NCBI GenBank assembly: GCA_048213135.1
Contig: PS015101.1
Coordinates: 89,456-124,712, forward strand
Length of the DNA stretch: 35,257 nucleotides
From: Reclinomonas americana ATCC 50394
Lineage: Eukaryota
Reading direction: 5' to 3'
The position numbers and the translations under genes are program-made. This document shows positions 34,101 through 35,257 of the stretch, in pieces. The notes below the pieces were generated by a model that was not told the origin of the DNA, searched no databases, and saw only the letters and a program-made list of their open reading frames with translations. The number at the start of each line of letters is the position of its first letter. Within the stretch, counting starts at the first letter, position 1.

Positions 34101-35091
34101 GACGCGAACTGCGGTGCTGGAGCGCCTCTTGCACTTGTCGCTGTCGGGTCTGTGGACGGCGGTGGCGACTGTGTACAAGAGCACTCGCATCACGCGACTC
34201 GGTGCGCGGCAGCTGGCGCGTGATGTGGAGGCGTTGTTGGATTATTTGCGGGCGTCGGAGGATTTGACACCGGTGTTGCGTGAAGGGAAAGGGAGGGTAG
34301 CAATAGAAGGATGTTTGTTGTGCTGCGACAAGTACAAAGTGAAAAGATGACAGCATGCTCCTGTGCTGCATTGGTTGCGAGAGAGATCCGTAGACTATGA
34401 GTGTGCGACATGGAGAAGGGAGGGGGAAGGGGAAGGGAGGGAGATGGGGAAGGGGGTGAAAATGGGCAGAGAAGAGAGGAGAGAGACGGTGGAGGAAGAA
34501 AGGGGAAGGGAGGAGAGAGACAGTGGAGGAGGAAAGGGGAAGGGAAGAAGGGCTTTTCCGTCGTCTCTGTTCAGAGAAGGAGATGTGAAAAGTATGCATG
34601 CCGAGAGGGTGAAATGGACAGAAGATAGGAGAGAGACAGTGGAGGAGGAAAGGGGAAGGGAGGAAGGGCATTTCCATCGTCTGTGTTCAGAGAAGGAGTG
34701 ATGCATGTCGTGCGTGCCGAGAGGGTGAGAATGGACTGAGAAGAGACGAGAGAGAGACGGTGGAGGAAGAAGGAAAAGGGAAAAAGTGATCGACAGTGAG
34801 AAGGGATTGCGTCGTCTCCGTGCAGAGAAGGAGTGATGCTTTGTGCGTGCTTACCGACTGAAATTGGAGGGTGTAACATTCTGCTTCTTTCCGTTCCTGC
34901 TTTGCTTGCCTCACCACCCACTCGTTCTCCAACGCAGGGACGTCCACGACTTGCTGCAACACACCACTGTCGAACGCACCAATCTGATTCTCGGCGTCCT
35001 GCAAGAGGAACATCTCGACCGCAAGACGTGCGAAGCGCAGTTCCCACTGGCCGACATTGAGGTGTGGATACGATGTCGAGCCAAAAATTGA
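31114..35091 (+). CDS. Large alpha-helical protein, CATCHR-type tethering fold, possibly CCDC142-like; start uncertain
   Basis: C-terminal VSPWVLLLLTELWTPAMEAL...RITRLGARQLARDVEALLDYL...LILGVL...DIEVWIRCR resembles the 'GAxQLxxD' motif of CATCHR proteins (CCDC142, COG, RINT1). The CDS is solid; the family call is tentative. Confidence 0.55.
34410..34835. repeat. Purine-rich modular repeat inside a 663-nt intron (34275-34937)
   Basis: GAGAGAC(G/A)GTGGAGGA(A/G)GAAAGGGGAAGGGA x3-4; CC(G/A)TCGTCT(C/G)TGTTCAGAGAAGGAG x2-3; GCCGAGAGGGTGA.ATGGAC x2. Confidence 0.85.
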
Positions 35092-35133
35092 ATCATAACA
35101 AACAGCAAAGTGCAAGACTTGTAATCACAGCAA

Positions 35134-35257
<124 letters not shown>

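Overview
Eukaryotic (protist-like) nuclear DNA: GC-rich, very gene-dense and intron-rich (roughly 100 introns by hand count, mostly 57-85 nt), with several N-gaps. Splicing the exons by hand gives ten genes: CIAO2B/FAM96B last exon (+), an EVE-domain THYN1-like gene (-), an ankyrin-repeat protein ending in a RhoGDI-like domain (+), a long coiled-coil protein (-), a PH + six-gelsolin-repeat villin-like protein without a headpiece (+), a small orphan (-), ADA3/TADA3 (+), a single-domain RNase III + dsRBD (-), p31comet/MAD2L1BP (+) and a CATCHR/CCDC142-like helical protein (+). The strongest unexplained signal is a second class of 5' splice site. About 22 introns, roughly one fifth, begin GTTGCG (or GTTGAG/GTTGTG/GTTGCA) and almost always follow a non-G exon base, whereas ordinary donors are mostly G|GTNNG. 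This looks like large-scale use of a +1-shifted recognition register. Also notable: GC-AG introns, a 6-nt microexon, 38-59 nt intergenic spacers, and patchworks of locally duplicated sequence, including 'echo' copies of the CIAO2B stop-codon region. All gene models are manual and have no transcript support; family calls come from remembered motifs, not database searches.
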